A stretch of DNA of 64,000 nt, taken from NCBI GenBank assembly GCA_022650895.1, contig JALCQC010000009.1:477-64476 (forward strand). Direction: 5' to 3'. The DNA is from Bifidobacteriaceae bacterium (lineage in GTDB: Bacteria > Actinomycetota > Actinomycetes > Actinomycetales > Bifidobacteriaceae). The notes under the pieces are model-generated. The model saw only the letters and a program-made list of their open reading frames with translations. It was not told the origin of the DNA and made no database searches. The translations under genes were made by a program, and so were the position numbers. Positions 27,415 through 38,542 of this stretch are shown piece after piece. Every line of letters starts with the position of its first letter. Position 1 is the stretch's first letter.

Positions 27415-29226
27415 TTACGCCTTCTTGAGCTCCGCCTCGTTGACCTTGAGCATGGCGTACTGCGACTCGTAGAGACGCCAGTACATGCCCCGCTGCGCCA
27501 GGAGCTCGGCATGGGTGCCCTGCTCCATGATCTGGCCGCGGTCGATGTAGAAGATCTTGTCCGCATTCTCAATCGTCGAGAGCCTGTGAGCGATCACGAA
27601 CGAGGTGCGCCCCTCAAGAAGCTTGTTAATGCCGGCCTGCAGCGCCTCTTCCGTCCGGGTATCGATGGAGGAGGTGGCCTCATCGAGGATAAGAATCCGG
27701 GGATCCGCAAGCATCACGCGTGCAAAGGCGATGAGCTGGCGCTGCCCGGCCGACAGCGTGGACCCGCGTTCCTCGACGAAGGTCTCATAACCTTGCGGAA
27801 GCTCTTCGATGAACTCGTGGGCACTCACTGCCTTTGCGGCCGCCACGATCTCGGCGTCGGTCGCATCGAGTTTGCCGTAGCGAATGTTCTCCTTCACGGT
27901 GCCAGAAAACACGAAAGTGTCCTGCAGCATCACACCCATCTGGCGGCGAAGGGAGTTGAGCGTCACATCGCGCACGTCCTTGCCATCCACCTCGACTGAG
28001 CCTTCCGAAACGTCGTAGAAGCGAGACAGCAGGCTGATGATCGTGGTCTTCCCTGCGCCCGTGGGTCCGACCAAGGCGATGGTCTGCCCTGGTTCAACGT
28101 GGAAGTCCACCAGGTTCAGAATGTTGCGGCCGCCCTCTTCGTAACGGAACACCACGTCGTTGAAATCCACCTTGCCGTGAATGGGGGCAATAGGCTTGGC
28201 GTCGGGACGATCCGTGATCTCAGGCTTCACGTCCATGGTCTCGAAGATGCGTTCGAGGTAGGCGGAGGCCGTGATGAGCTGATTGTAGAAGTTGCCGATG
28301 TTGATGATGGGGTTCCAGAAGTTGTTGAGATAGCCAGTGAACGCGATGAGGACGCCGGTGGTCACCCCAACCCCTCCGAAATGCGTCACGCCCAGAAAGT
28401 AGACGAAGGCCAGCGTCGCCGTCGAAACGGTCTGCACTCCCGGCCACATGAGGAACTGAATGTGCACGGCCTTCATCCAGTGGTCGCGCACACTCCCCTG
28501 CTGCTCCTGGAAGATCTTGTACTGCTGCTTTTCGCGTGCGAAGGTCTGGGTGGTCTTCACGCCGGCAATGGACTCGTGGATGTAGGCGTTGAGATTGGAC
28601 TGCTTGTTGGAAAGCTTCTGATAGGCGATCCTCTGGAAGTACTGCAGCACACGCACCCAGATGATGAGCAGCGGCACCAAGATGAGGGACCAGAGCGCCA
28701 GCGTCCAGTTGACGACGAACATGATGATGAGCGTCACGAAGAGCGTGAAAACATCCGAGATCACGCTGATAAGACCGGAACTCAAGGTATCCGAGAGCGT
28801 GTTGACGTAGTTGACCACGCGGATGAGAATCTTGCCGTGCGGACGCGAATCGAAGTAGCTGAAGGGCAGCGTCTGAATGTGCGTGAAGATATCGCGGCGC
28901 ATGTCCTTGAGCATGAGCTGGCCGACGCGCATGATCTCCATGGTCCGGTATCTCAAGCACACTTCGTAAACGATGATGAGGCAGAAGAAGACGCCGGCGA
29001 GAATCCCCAGTTTCGTCATGTCCTTGTTCGGGATGATGTCGTCGATAACGATTTTCATCATGTACGGCACCGCGACGGCGCACAGGCTCATGGTGATGAC
29101 AGCGACGAGGATTTTGGCGATCAGTGCCTTGTACGGTCCGAGATAGCGCACCACTCGTTTGAGATCGTGAATGTTGAGCTTCTCTTCGAGCTCTTCGTCT
29201 TCCTTAAAAGTATTTCGCTGTGCCAT
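27415..29226 (-). CDS. ABC exporter, fused permease-ATPase (heterodimer subunit)
   Basis: 603 aa. Six-TM domain followed by an NBD with GPTGAGKTT, LSAGQRQLIAFARV and ILILDEATS. Confidence 0.9.
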   Translation of the reverse strand: MAQRNTFKEDEELEEKLNIHDLKRVVRYLGPYKALIAKILVAVITMSLCAVAVPYMMKIVIDDIIPNKDMTKLGILAGVFFCLIIVYEVCLRYRTMEIMRVGQLMLKDMRRDIFTHIQTLPFSYFDSRPHGKILIRVVNYVNTLSDTLSSGLISVISDVFTLFVTLIIMFVVNWTLALWSLILVPLLIIWVRVLQYFQRIAYQKLSNKQSNLNAYIHESIAGVKTTQTFAREKQQYKIFQEQQGSVRDHWMKAVHIQFLMWPGVQTVSTATLAFVYFLGVTHFGGVGVTTGVLIAFTGYLNNFWNPIINIGNFYNQLITASAYLERIFETMDVKPEITDRPDAKPIAPIHGKVDFNDVVFRYEEGGRNILNLVDFHVEPGQTIALVGPTGAGKTTIISLLSRFYDVSEGSVEVDGKDVRDVTLNSLRRQMGVMLQDTFVFSGTVKENIRYGKLDATDAEIVAAAKAVSAHEFIEELPQGYETFVEERGSTLSAGQRQLIAFARVMLADPRILILDEATSSIDTRTEEALQAGINKLLEGRTSFVIAHRLSTIENADKIFYIDRGQIMEQGTHAELLAQRGMYWRLYESQYAMLKVNEAELKKA

Positions 29227-29228
29227 TT

Positions 29229-31193
29229 CTAGTGCCTCCCTCCGTCTCCGTCAACGTCTGTAGAGCTCTCTGTAGAACCGCCGACCGCACCGGTCGCGGA
29301 GCTGCCCGAGTGACCTTCCGCAGAACCATCTGTGACCGCGGCTTCCGAACCGTCCTGCCGGTTGGGTTCTTCCTCAGAATCAGGGAAGGTCCCTACTCCC
29401 GCCTGCAATCCCAGCTGTTTACGGTAGATTTCCCAATACCTTCCGTGCGCCGCCACGAGGTCCTCGTGGGTGCCGCGCTCAACGATGCGGCCGCGGTCGA
29501 GCACCAGGATGAGATCGGAATCCTTGATGGAGGAAATGCGGTGGGCGATGGTGAAGACCGTCTTCTGTCCGGCCATTTCACGCAGATGCGTCTGGATCTC
29601 CGCCTCCGTCTCCATGTCGACTGCCGATGTGGTGTCGTCCATGATGAGGATCGAGGGATCATCGGCAAGTGCGCGTGCGAGCGAGAGACGCTGCTTCTGT
29701 CCGCCCGAAAGTCCCACGCCGCGTTCTCCCACGATGGTGTTGTATCCCTGCGGCATGGCTCGGATGAAGTCGTCCGCTCCTGCGACGGCGGCCATGTGAC
29801 GGATAAAGTGCTCGTCCGGCCGGTCACCCGTCTGGCGTTGCGCACCGAAAGCGATGTTCTCCTCAATGGTGTCAGAGAAGAGGAAGGTGTCCTGCATGAC
29901 GATGGCGACTTGGCTGCGCAGGGTCTCCAGAGGCCAACGTTCCGCATCCTTCCCATCGATGAGGACTTCGCCGAAGGTGGGATCGTAGAAGCGGGCGATG
30001 AGGTGCACGAGGGTCGATTTGCCCGAGCCGGTCTCACCCAGAATGCCGACCTTGGAGCCCGCGAGAATCTTGAAGTTGATGTCGGAGAGTACAGGGTGCT
30101 TCGGGTCATCGGGGAAAGCGAAGGAGACGTCCTTGAACTCCACGTCGCCTTTGATGCGGTCCTCAGGCTCACCTTCGGCCTCTTGGACGCGCGGAGTCAC
30201 GTTGAGAAGCCTGCGGATCTTGATGCACGAGGCGTTGAAACGCTGGATGTCGTTCAAAAGCCATCCCGCCTGACGCAATGGGTTCTCGATCATCCAGAGG
30301 AAGCCGTCGAACGTGACCAAAGCGCCAAGCGACATGTTCCCCGAAAGAACCAGATAACCACCGAAGATGATGAGGATGAGCTGAAGCCCAAACGAGAAGC
30401 CGTCGAGCCAGGGGATGTACTTGGCGTTGTTCGCCGCCAAGTCCATGTTCTTGTCCATGAAGTCATCATTGTGCTCGTCGAACTTCTCCGTCTCGTAGTC
30501 CTCGCGCACAAACGCCTTGACCACCCGGTTCCCCTCGATGTTCTCCTCCACCATGGAGTTGAGACGCGCGAGCGAGTTTCTGATCGCGTAGAAAATAGGG
30601 TGGGCGTTCTTCGCCATCAGCCGCGCCAGCACGAAGATGATGGGGGTGACCGCCGTCAGGGCGAGGGCCAGGCGCCAATCGATGGTGTACATCACGACGA
30701 GCGCGCTGCCGAACATCACAATGGCGTCACCGACGTTGTAGGTGACCCAGCTAAGAAAGTGGCGAATCGCGTCGGTATCCGAGGTCATGCGGCTCATGAT
30801 GTCGCCGATACGCGTGTGGTTGAAGTAGCTGAAGTCGAGTGTGTGAAGCTTCTCGAACTCGTCGGAGACAAGCCTGTAGACGGCATTCTGTCCGAAACGC
30901 TCCATGAACATCTGGTAGCCGTAGCGGATGAACACACGGACCGCGGAAATTGCGATGAGCGCACCGAGATAAGGCATGAGTTTCTCGTGCTCGCCCTTCA
31001 CGATGACCTCGTCCACCACAAGGCCCGTAATAATGGGGATCGCCAGAATGAGCACCTTCTCTATTGCGAAGAGGAAGAAAGCGGCGATGACGCGTCCGGC
31101 ATCCGGCTTGGCATATGGCCAGATCCAGCGCAGGGGTCCCTTTGCCTGATCTTTCATGGTGGGCGTGACGTACATAGATATCTCTCTCCTCAT
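29229..31193 (-). CDS. ABC exporter, fused permease-ATPase (heterodimer partner) with a Gly/Ser/Asp-rich C-terminal tail
   Basis: 654 aa with GETGSGKST, LSGGQKQRLSLARAL and ILIMDDTTS. Start may be an internal Met. Confidence 0.9.
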   Translation of the reverse strand: MRREISMYVTPTMKDQAKGPLRWIWPYAKPDAGRVIAAFFLFAIEKVLILAIPIITGLVVDEVIVKGEHEKLMPYLGALIAISAVRVFIRYGYQMFMERFGQNAVYRLVSDEFEKLHTLDFSYFNHTRIGDIMSRMTSDTDAIRHFLSWVTYNVGDAIVMFGSALVVMYTIDWRLALALTAVTPIIFVLARLMAKNAHPIFYAIRNSLARLNSMVEENIEGNRVVKAFVREDYETEKFDEHNDDFMDKNMDLAANNAKYIPWLDGFSFGLQLILIIFGGYLVLSGNMSLGALVTFDGFLWMIENPLRQAGWLLNDIQRFNASCIKIRRLLNVTPRVQEAEGEPEDRIKGDVEFKDVSFAFPDDPKHPVLSDINFKILAGSKVGILGETGSGKSTLVHLIARFYDPTFGEVLIDGKDAERWPLETLRSQVAIVMQDTFLFSDTIEENIAFGAQRQTGDRPDEHFIRHMAAVAGADDFIRAMPQGYNTIVGERGVGLSGGQKQRLSLARALADDPSILIMDDTTSAVDMETEAEIQTHLREMAGQKTVFTIAHRISSIKDSDLILVLDRGRIVERGTHEDLVAAHGRYWEIYRKQLGLQAGVGTFPDSEEEPNRQDGSEAAVTDGSAEGHSGSSATGAVGGSTESSTDVDGDGGRH

Positions 31194-31392
31194 CCTTGAG
31201 GCAGGTTAAATACTTGGGTCTTCTGTTATTCCTTCTTCGGGTTCAAGGCTAGGTGAAACACTAGATGAAACGCCGATATTTTATGAATTCGAGGTAATTT
31301 TTCTGCGGCGAATCGGAAAATGCCTGACACTCTTTTCGTAAAAAGAAAACACGGCTTCATCAATATGGGCTTATGCTAACGATAAGAGTACA

Positions 31393-31404
31393 TTAAGCGA
31401 TTAA
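31393..31404. promoter_or_regulatory. LacI-type operator candidate TTAAGCGATTAA
   Basis: Lies 36 bp upstream of the GH94 ATG. One of four related 12-mers (see findings). Confidence 0.45.
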
Positions 31405-31439
31405 GTACATCGATACATTGCAATCCAGAAAGGCCTAGA

Positions 31440-33944
31440 ATGCAATACGGTCACTTCAACGATGAAGCACGCGAATACGTTATTGATACTCCTGCGACTC
31501 CGCTTCCGTGGATCAACTACTTGGGGAACGAGGATTTCTTCGGGTTGGTCTCGAACACTGGCGGCGGCTATGACTTCTACCGCGATGCCAAGCTGCGCCG
31601 GATCACGCGGTATCGCTACAACGGCGTGCCTGCGGACAATGGATCGCGCTCCTACTACCTCTCCACCATCGGCGAGGACGGCAAGCCCACCGCAACGTGG
31701 TCGCCCACCTTCCTGCCGGCGCGCACCGAATTGGATTCGTACAGGTGCCGGCATGGGATCGGCTACACGGTGTTCGAGGCGTCCAGGGCGGGGATCTCCT
31801 CCACCCTGACGGCGTTCGTGCCCCTGCACACGCACGCGGAGGTCAACCGGCTGGAGCTCAGCAACGGTTCGGGCGCGCCGGTGACCCTGGACGTGACGGG
31901 CGCGGTGGAGTGGTGCCTGTGGAACGCGGCCGACGACGCGGAGAACTTCCAGCGCAACTTCTCCACGGGCGAGGTGGAGGTGGAGCGCACCCCGGACGCC
32001 TCCGTCCTCTACCACAAGACGGAGTTCAAGGAGCGCCGCAACCACTACGCGTTCTACGCGGTCAACCATGGGACCCTGGGCTTCGACACGGACCGCGCGA
32101 GCTTCCTCGGCCAGTTCAACGGCTGGGAGTCCCCCGACGCCGTCGCCGAGGCCAGGTCGCGCAACTCCGTCGCCCACGGCTGGTCACCCATCGCCGCCAA
32201 CCACATACGCCTCCATTTAGAGGCTGGCGAGACGACATGCCTGATTTTCACATTAGGCTATGTGGAGGTAGACCCGCACGACAAATGGGAAGTCATCAAC
32301 GGCGTAACTCAATATGGTGTCATCAATAAAGCGCCGGCACATGCGATATTGCAAAAGCTCCAGACTGAGAGCCAGATCGACACCGCTTTTCAAGAGCTCC
32401 GCGATTATTGGAATAAGCTGCTCTCGCGTTTCACTGTGAAGTCGGGCGACTCCAAGCTGGACCGCATGGTCAACATATGGAACCAGTACCAGTGCATGGT
32501 CACCTTCAACCTGTCCCGCTCCGCCTCCTACTTCGAGTCGGGCGTGGGACGCGGCATGGGCTTCCGCGACTCCAACCAGGATCTGCTCGGCTTCGTGCAC
32601 CTCATCCCCGACCGCGCACGGGAACGTCTGCTTGATCTTGCCTCCACCCAGCTGCCGGACGGTTCCGCATGCCATCAGTATCAGCCGCTCACCAAGAAGG
32701 GCAACGCCGACATCGGCGGTGGCTTCAACGACGACCCGCTCTGGCTCGTCGCCGCCGTCCACGCCTACCTCGCGGAGACCGGCGACTCCACCATCCTCTC
32801 AGAACTCGTGCCTTTTAATTCCACAAAAGGAACCGAAGTCACCATGCTGGAGCATTTACGCCGGTCCGTGTACTACACCATGCACAATCTGGGGCCCCAT
32901 AAACTGCCACTCATCGGCCATGCGGATTGGAACGACTGTCTCAACCTCAACGCCTTCTCATCCGAACCAGGCGTCAGCTTCCAAACGGCAACATCCAACA
33001 TGGATGGCCGCGTGGCGGAATCGGTTTTCATCGCCGGCATGTTCGTGCTGTACGCCAACCGTTTCGTCGACATCCTTAAAAAGTTCGGTTCCCGTGCCGG
33101 GGTACCAAGCGACGAAGCACATGCACAGATTAACGAGGTAAAAGATGCCATTGCAACGGTGAAGGAAGCCACCGAAACTGCCGGATGGGACGGCGAGTGG
33201 TTCCGCCGCGCCTACGACGCGTACTCACGTCCCGTGGGTTCACGACTAAACGACGAGGGCAAGATCTTCATCGAGCCGCAGGGGATGTGTGTCATGGCCG
33301 GCATCGGCATAGAGAACGGACATGCCAAAAAGGCACTCGACTCCGTCAAAATGCACCTCACGAGCGAATGGGGCAGCGCCATCATCGCTCCGACCTTCTC
33401 CCGATACCATATCGAATTAGGCGAGATCTCCACCTTCATTCAGGGTTATAAGGAGAATGGTGGCATCTTCTGCCACAACAATCCGTGGATCTCCATCGCC
33501 AACGTCATCGTGGGCAACGACGACGAGGCGTTCAACGTGTACAGACGCACCGCGCCCGCCTATGTGGAGGACAGGTCCGACGTCCGCAAGACCGAACCCT
33601 ATGTGTACTGCCAGATGGTGTCGGGTCCCGAGGCGGCCGTCACCGGCGAGGGAAAGAACTCCTGGCTCACCGGCACCGCCGCATGGAGTTTTGTCAACGT
33701 TTCACAATACCTGCTGGGAATCCGCCCAACACTTGAAGGCCTTGAAATTGATCCACATCTTCCTTCCCGTTTCACAAAAGTGACGATATCTCGCTTGTTC
33801 CGCGGAAAGTGGTACGACATCACACTGACCCACACGGGGACAAAGACCTTGACTGTAGATGGCAAAAAAATTGAGGGAGATCTCATTCCGGCACCTTTAG
33901 GATCTTCGGAAGGAACTCATACGAAAGTGGAGGCCACCTTCTAA
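31440..33944 (+). CDS. GH94 cellobiose (cellodextrin/chitobiose-type) phosphorylase
   Basis: N-terminus MQYGHFNDEAREYVIDTPATPLPWINYLG...YRDAKLRRITRYRYN closely parallels the characterised cellobiose phosphorylase N-terminus (from memory). 834 aa. Confidence 0.9.
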   Translation: MQYGHFNDEAREYVIDTPATPLPWINYLGNEDFFGLVSNTGGGYDFYRDAKLRRITRYRYNGVPADNGSRSYYLSTIGEDGKPTATWSPTFLPARTELDSYRCRHGIGYTVFEASRAGISSTLTAFVPLHTHAEVNRLELSNGSGAPVTLDVTGAVEWCLWNAADDAENFQRNFSTGEVEVERTPDASVLYHKTEFKERRNHYAFYAVNHGTLGFDTDRASFLGQFNGWESPDAVAEARSRNSVAHGWSPIAANHIRLHLEAGETTCLIFTLGYVEVDPHDKWEVINGVTQYGVINKAPAHAILQKLQTESQIDTAFQELRDYWNKLLSRFTVKSGDSKLDRMVNIWNQYQCMVTFNLSRSASYFESGVGRGMGFRDSNQDLLGFVHLIPDRARERLLDLASTQLPDGSACHQYQPLTKKGNADIGGGFNDDPLWLVAAVHAYLAETGDSTILSELVPFNSTKGTEVTMLEHLRRSVYYTMHNLGPHKLPLIGHADWNDCLNLNAFSSEPGVSFQTATSNMDGRVAESVFIAGMFVLYANRFVDILKKFGSRAGVPSDEAHAQINEVKDAIATVKEATETAGWDGEWFRRAYDAYSRPVGSRLNDEGKIFIEPQGMCVMAGIGIENGHAKKALDSVKMHLTSEWGSAIIAPTFSRYHIELGEISTFIQGYKENGGIFCHNNPWISIANVIVGNDDEAFNVYRRTAPAYVEDRSDVRKTEPYVYCQMVSGPEAAVTGEGKNSWLTGTAAWSFVNVSQYLLGIRPTLEGLEIDPHLPSRFTKVTISRLFRGKWYDITLTHTGTKTLTVDGKKIEGDLIPAPLGSSEGTHTKVEATF

Positions 33945-34063
33945 CCCAAATTCACAATATCCCCGCCGCCATGTTGGAACAACTGCCATAGATAGCTCTC
34001 TTCACCCAGCAGCCAAGGCCCCGCGGCGCCAAAACAGTACGGCACCAAGTGCCGTGATCAAAC

Positions 34064-34112
34064 AAGCGGCTGCACACAAAGAATGGAAAATATCTCTTGT
34101 GTGCAGCCGCTT
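34064..34112. terminator. Long hairpin between convergent GH94 and GH26 genes
   Basis: 16-bp arms AAGCGGCTGCACACAA / TTGTGTGCAGCCGCTT with a 17-nt loop. Confidence 0.6.
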
Positions 34113-34129
34113 CGTCAGATACCCGGCAG

Positions 34130-35269
34130 TCAGTTTCTCACGCCACCAAAACCGAAGAAAGAATCATGTGCCAGTCGTTGGAAATCTGCAGCATATGGAC
34201 TCCCCTCCGCAGGTGTTCCATAGGCTCCTGTACCTGCTGCCTCTTCCGAATTGCGCCACGGCAAATACCACAGCATACGACGCGTAAACTCGTTCGTCCG
34301 AGCAGCTTTCGCAAGAAACCGAGTCCACGGAGAATCTGGTGAAGCACCCTTCAGGCTTGCAGCGAATTCATCCGGAGAACCAACCTCTGTAACAGCCGCC
34401 AACTTTCCATGTGAAACAGCAATGGAACCTACTTGTGTGAGAGTGAAAACGAGATTCTCATAGCAATCCTCGACATTTACTTCTTCGCGAGCGCCACCCA
34501 AGTCCCAGTAATCATCAATGCCCATCACATCAACATAGTCATCCCCCGGGTATCCGATAAGATATCCCTTTTCAAAAGAAGCGGGCGTGGAGATATCGAT
34601 ACGACTGCGGTCCGGTGATGTCGCATACAAAAGATGATGAACGTTCTTTTTGGATATCAGATAGTCGACGGTGAACTTCCATAGTTCTGCATATTCTTCG
34701 GGGCTGTTGTCAGTGGGACGGGAGGGGCTTCCCGCGCACCACCAGAACCAGTCACCCGTGTGTTCGTGGTAAGGACGGAAGATGATGGGTATGGGTTTTC
34801 CGTCATCGTCCGTTATCGACAGCAAAAAGGCCGCCACTCTGTCGAGCCAGAGGGTGAACTTCTCGTGTTGTGCACCTCCCGGGAGGACTGCAGCAACAGA
34901 TTTGGGAGCCAGATTGTCGCCATACCCCTTTTCGGTGATGGGATTGACGGAATGCCAGCTGGCGGTGACCATCGCGCCCAGTTTCCAGGCTCGTTGCATT
35001 TCGGATCGAATCGCCGAGAAGGGAATGCCGTCGATATTTTTGTCCCAGTTCAACTCGATACGCCCAAGATCGAAGCCCCACAACGCCGGGTATTCTCCCG
35101 TCACTGCACGCACATCGGAGTCGTATTCTTTGCTGTGCACACATTCCGTTGTGTCCTGATGCCCGAAAAAGGTCCGTTCGCCGGAACTACGCGCCAGAAA
35201 AGCATAGAGCTCAACCGTTTCAGCACTCGCCTGGGCGTCTATCGGGGCGTCATTGCCCGTTTTAGCCAT
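34130..35269 (-). CDS. GH26 family beta-mannanase-like enzyme, no signal peptide
   Basis: WHSVNPITEKGYGDN and FRPYHEHTGDWFWWC (GH26 catalytic region). Confidence 0.8.
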   Translation of the reverse strand: MAKTGNDAPIDAQASAETVELYAFLARSSGERTFFGHQDTTECVHSKEYDSDVRAVTGEYPALWGFDLGRIELNWDKNIDGIPFSAIRSEMQRAWKLGAMVTASWHSVNPITEKGYGDNLAPKSVAAVLPGGAQHEKFTLWLDRVAAFLLSITDDDGKPIPIIFRPYHEHTGDWFWWCAGSPSRPTDNSPEEYAELWKFTVDYLISKKNVHHLLYATSPDRSRIDISTPASFEKGYLIGYPGDDYVDVMGIDDYWDLGGAREEVNVEDCYENLVFTLTQVGSIAVSHGKLAAVTEVGSPDEFAASLKGASPDSPWTRFLAKAARTNEFTRRMLWYLPWRNSEEAAGTGAYGTPAEGSPYAADFQRLAHDSFFGFGGVRN

Positions 35270-35270
35270 T

Positions 35271-37442
35271 TCATATTCCTTTCACTTCGAGAATGAAGGC
35301 CTGTTGCGGCCACAGGCACGGAAGCAGCAGTCCCACTCCACGCAAAAGCTTTCCACTGACGACAACACCGCCTTCGCTTGCTGCCTGAGTCAGCCATAGA
35401 GGCGTCGTCCAACCCCACTTCGTTTCCCCTATCTCTGTGCGAAGTCTCACGCTGTACTCACGGTCATCCGCCAATTCCGGGAGCTTCAGCATCTCCCCCA
35501 AGGCATCACGCATATCATCCACAGTGGAAACAGTGACGATGGCATGAGTGCGTGATTGATCAACGACATAGCGCGCCCTGACCGCCGGATCCTTCATGTC
35601 CGCATGCCGAACCAGACCCGTGTGCAGCAATCCGCGTAATTCCTTGTAAAGGCTGACGATGGAAGTCACCTGTGCGATCTCTGCGTCACTGCATTCCAGA
35701 ATGTTCCACTCCAGCCCGGAACAGCCCTCCAACGAAATCGCCGCTCGGTAACTCAGATCACTTGATCTGCCAGTGGAGTGAGCAGGAGATGGACCAATGT
35801 GTGCCCCGATCATTTCAGGCGGGACGATGAGCTCGGTCCAGCGCTGAATGTCATTGCGGTTGCGGGGATCATTGGAATCCGAAGCCCAAATGCGATCGGT
35901 GCGCTCAAGGATTCCAATATCCGTACGTGCCCCTCCGGAAGAACAGGACTCGATTTCAAGACCAGGAAACTGCGCTTTGAGGGCGTCGATCAAACGATAG
36001 ACCGCCAATGTCTGCGAATGAGTTCCGTAGCGCCCATCGTGGATGGGCTCCGTGAGCTCACGGTTATGGTCCCACTTGATGTAGTCGATTCCCAGTCCAG
36101 CAATGAGTTCCGTCATTTGGGAACGCACATGCTCATAGGCGTGGGGGTTTGCAAGGTCAAGAACATACTGCGACCTGTAGGAGATATCCGGTCGGTTGGG
36201 AACATTGCTGGGATACGCCAGGATCCATTCCGGATGATTCCTACCGACGTCTGAATCGAGATTGACCATCTCGGGCTCGAACCACAGACCGAACTGCATC
36301 CCCGCATTATGAACATAGTCGGCCAGCGGCTTCAATCCCTGCGGCCACACCTCGGGATCCACCACCCAATCGCCGAGCCCCTTGGTATCATCTCTGCGCT
36401 CATGAAACCATCCATCATCGAGTACGAAACGTTCCACGCCCACTTGCGCCGCACGAGCGGCGAGAGTGCGCAGCACCTCCCAACTGTGATCGAAATACAC
36501 CGCCTCCCACGTATTCAAAGTGAAGGGCCGCGGTGTCGTCGCACGGCCTTTCATTCCCCTCAAAAAGGCGTGATACCGATCACTGATGCCATCGAGCCCA
36601 TTGTCCGAAAAAGCGAAGCAGACCTCGGGGGTCGAATATGTTTCGCCCACCTCAAGCCGGATTTCCGAGGGACCGAGCAGTTCGCCCGCGCCGAGCATAG
36701 GCTGATGATGCGGCAGCCGATCCGTCCGATAGCTCGCGTCCCCGCTCCATGCAAGATGAACAGCCCAGATCGAACCACTTCCGTTGCGGGGTCTGCCGTC
36801 GCTCAGCATCACTATCCATGGGGAGTCGTGTCCTGGCTTACCGCGTCTGCTTGTTCGAGTGAGTGAGCCGTCGGGTAGCTCGGTAGTCAATGGCGACTTT
36901 TCGAGTGGCCACCGCCCCGTAAAGCTCGTCATTGTCGTGGCGGACTTCGGGACAGGGAGACATGCATCCAACCACTCAAGATCCACGGGGATGCCATGGT
37001 CTGATCCCTCATTCGTCACGGAGTTTCTCACCACCAGCAGACCGCCCTGAGCAAGTTCCAAGTTCAGCGTGAGACCAATGTGAACACCATCGATCTCATT
37101 CATTCCCCGGGCATGCACCGTCAGCGAAAACCCATCCGGGCTCACAGTTGTCCGGATATCGTTCCACACAGGAAAAAGGGGATGCGTATCTTCACTCGCC
37201 TGAAGTGCCGGACGACCGGCCCAACCTTCGCGTCCCATCGGCAACAGCGACGGACGCCATGCAGAATCTAATGTAGCTGGCGGAGTTTGCCTCAACGTCA
37301 AGGCGTTCACCGAATTCAGCTGGGTATCGTTCAGTTCACCGAGATCCTTGCCCCAAAACACCACTGCAGGAAGGTCACCTTCTGCAGCAGCAAGGATGAC
37401 GCACACGCCGTCTCGACGCAAAATAAAAGACCGCTTTGTCAT
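35271..37442 (-). CDS. GH36 alpha-galactosidase
   Basis: DYIKWDHNR and ESCSSGGARTD motifs. 723 aa. Confidence 0.85.
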   Translation of the reverse strand: MTKRSFILRRDGVCVILAAAEGDLPAVVFWGKDLGELNDTQLNSVNALTLRQTPPATLDSAWRPSLLPMGREGWAGRPALQASEDTHPLFPVWNDIRTTVSPDGFSLTVHARGMNEIDGVHIGLTLNLELAQGGLLVVRNSVTNEGSDHGIPVDLEWLDACLPVPKSATTMTSFTGRWPLEKSPLTTELPDGSLTRTSRRGKPGHDSPWIVMLSDGRPRNGSGSIWAVHLAWSGDASYRTDRLPHHQPMLGAGELLGPSEIRLEVGETYSTPEVCFAFSDNGLDGISDRYHAFLRGMKGRATTPRPFTLNTWEAVYFDHSWEVLRTLAARAAQVGVERFVLDDGWFHERRDDTKGLGDWVVDPEVWPQGLKPLADYVHNAGMQFGLWFEPEMVNLDSDVGRNHPEWILAYPSNVPNRPDISYRSQYVLDLANPHAYEHVRSQMTELIAGLGIDYIKWDHNRELTEPIHDGRYGTHSQTLAVYRLIDALKAQFPGLEIESCSSGGARTDIGILERTDRIWASDSNDPRNRNDIQRWTELIVPPEMIGAHIGPSPAHSTGRSSDLSYRAAISLEGCSGLEWNILECSDAEIAQVTSIVSLYKELRGLLHTGLVRHADMKDPAVRARYVVDQSRTHAIVTVSTVDDMRDALGEMLKLPELADDREYSVRLRTEIGETKWGWTTPLWLTQAASEGGVVVSGKLLRGVGLLLPCLWPQQAFILEVKGI

Positions 37443-37486
37443 TTATTTTCCTTTCATCGGCATGCCGGGGAATGTCCGAATGCCGT

Positions 37487-38533
37487 TTAGTCAGTAGGAG
37501 CAGGACCTGTTGAATCACGTTCGATGAGGCTGTAAGGCTTCTCTTCCTGAGGTTCAACTTTTTCGCCATCAATGATGCGCAAAATCATCTTCGCGGCCAT
37601 GGCCCCAGACGCCACCACGTCTCGGTGAATCGCAGTGAGGCTAGGGAACACAGCCGAACACATGAAGGAATCATCCCATGAGATGATCGAAAGATCGCGA
37701 GGCACGGAAATGCCTTTTCGAACAGCGACCCCCAAGCCGGCCAATGCCATCGCATCGGAGTCATACACGATTGCAGAAGTAAGCCCAGGGTAAGTAAGGA
37801 ACCGCTCGGTGATCTCGGCACCCATTGTGGGGCTGTAATCCGTATGAAGACAGCTGTAGGTAATTCCACGCTTTGTCGTCTCTTCCATGAACGCCCTATC
37901 ACGGATAAAAGTGTGCGCCATCTCTTCGGGCCCCGCCACGCGCACAATGCTCGTATGGCCCAATCCGGAGAGATAGTCCACCACAATTCCCGCAGCAGCC
38001 GCGTCATCACTCCACAACGTTGGCAGCCCTCCCGTCAGTGATGGGTCTCCCAGCACCAAAACAGGCATCTGAGGATTTTGCTCCAACAGTTCAATGCGGG
38101 GATCCCCCAATTCCATGTTGACGAGGATCACTCCATCGACACCGCCCGTGGCCATCCAATCCTTGAGAATTCGCATCTCAGATTCAAGACCGTCAGCCTG
38201 ACGAATCACCAAGGAGTAATCCGCCTTTTCTAGCTCTGTTCCCAACCCCGCGATGAGCTCCATGCCATACGATTCGACGGCGAAAAGTTTTGGGTCCCGT
38301 GTCTGGATAAGTCCGATGTTCCTGCTTCGCGAATTCGAAAGTGCCTTGGCGGCGCTGTTGGGCTTCCATCCCAACTCACGCGCCACTTTAAGGACCTTGT
38401 CCCGTGTGTCGGCCGAGACGCCTCTTTTCCCATTGAGAGCGTATGAAACAGCGCTACTGGAAACACCTGAAGCCCGCGCGACATCGGTGATGGTGACCTT
38501 TGCTTTCGTCTGCGACATTCCTACGCTCCCCAC
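37487..38533 (-). CDS. LacI-family transcriptional regulator
   Basis: N-terminal HTH VTITDVARASGVSSSAVSYALNG followed by a periplasmic-binding-protein-like fold. Confidence 0.9.
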   Translation of the reverse strand: MGSVGMSQTKAKVTITDVARASGVSSSAVSYALNGKRGVSADTRDKVLKVARELGWKPNSAAKALSNSRSRNIGLIQTRDPKLFAVESYGMELIAGLGTELEKADYSLVIRQADGLESEMRILKDWMATGGVDGVILVNMELGDPRIELLEQNPQMPVLVLGDPSLTGGLPTLWSDDAAAAGIVVDYLSGLGHTSIVRVAGPEEMAHTFIRDRAFMEETTKRGITYSCLHTDYSPTMGAEITERFLTYPGLTSAIVYDSDAMALAGLGVAVRKGISVPRDLSIISWDDSFMCSAVFPSLTAIHRDVVASGAMAAKMILRIIDGEKVEPQEEKPYSLIERDSTGPAPTD

Positions 38534-38542
38534 AAGAATCGA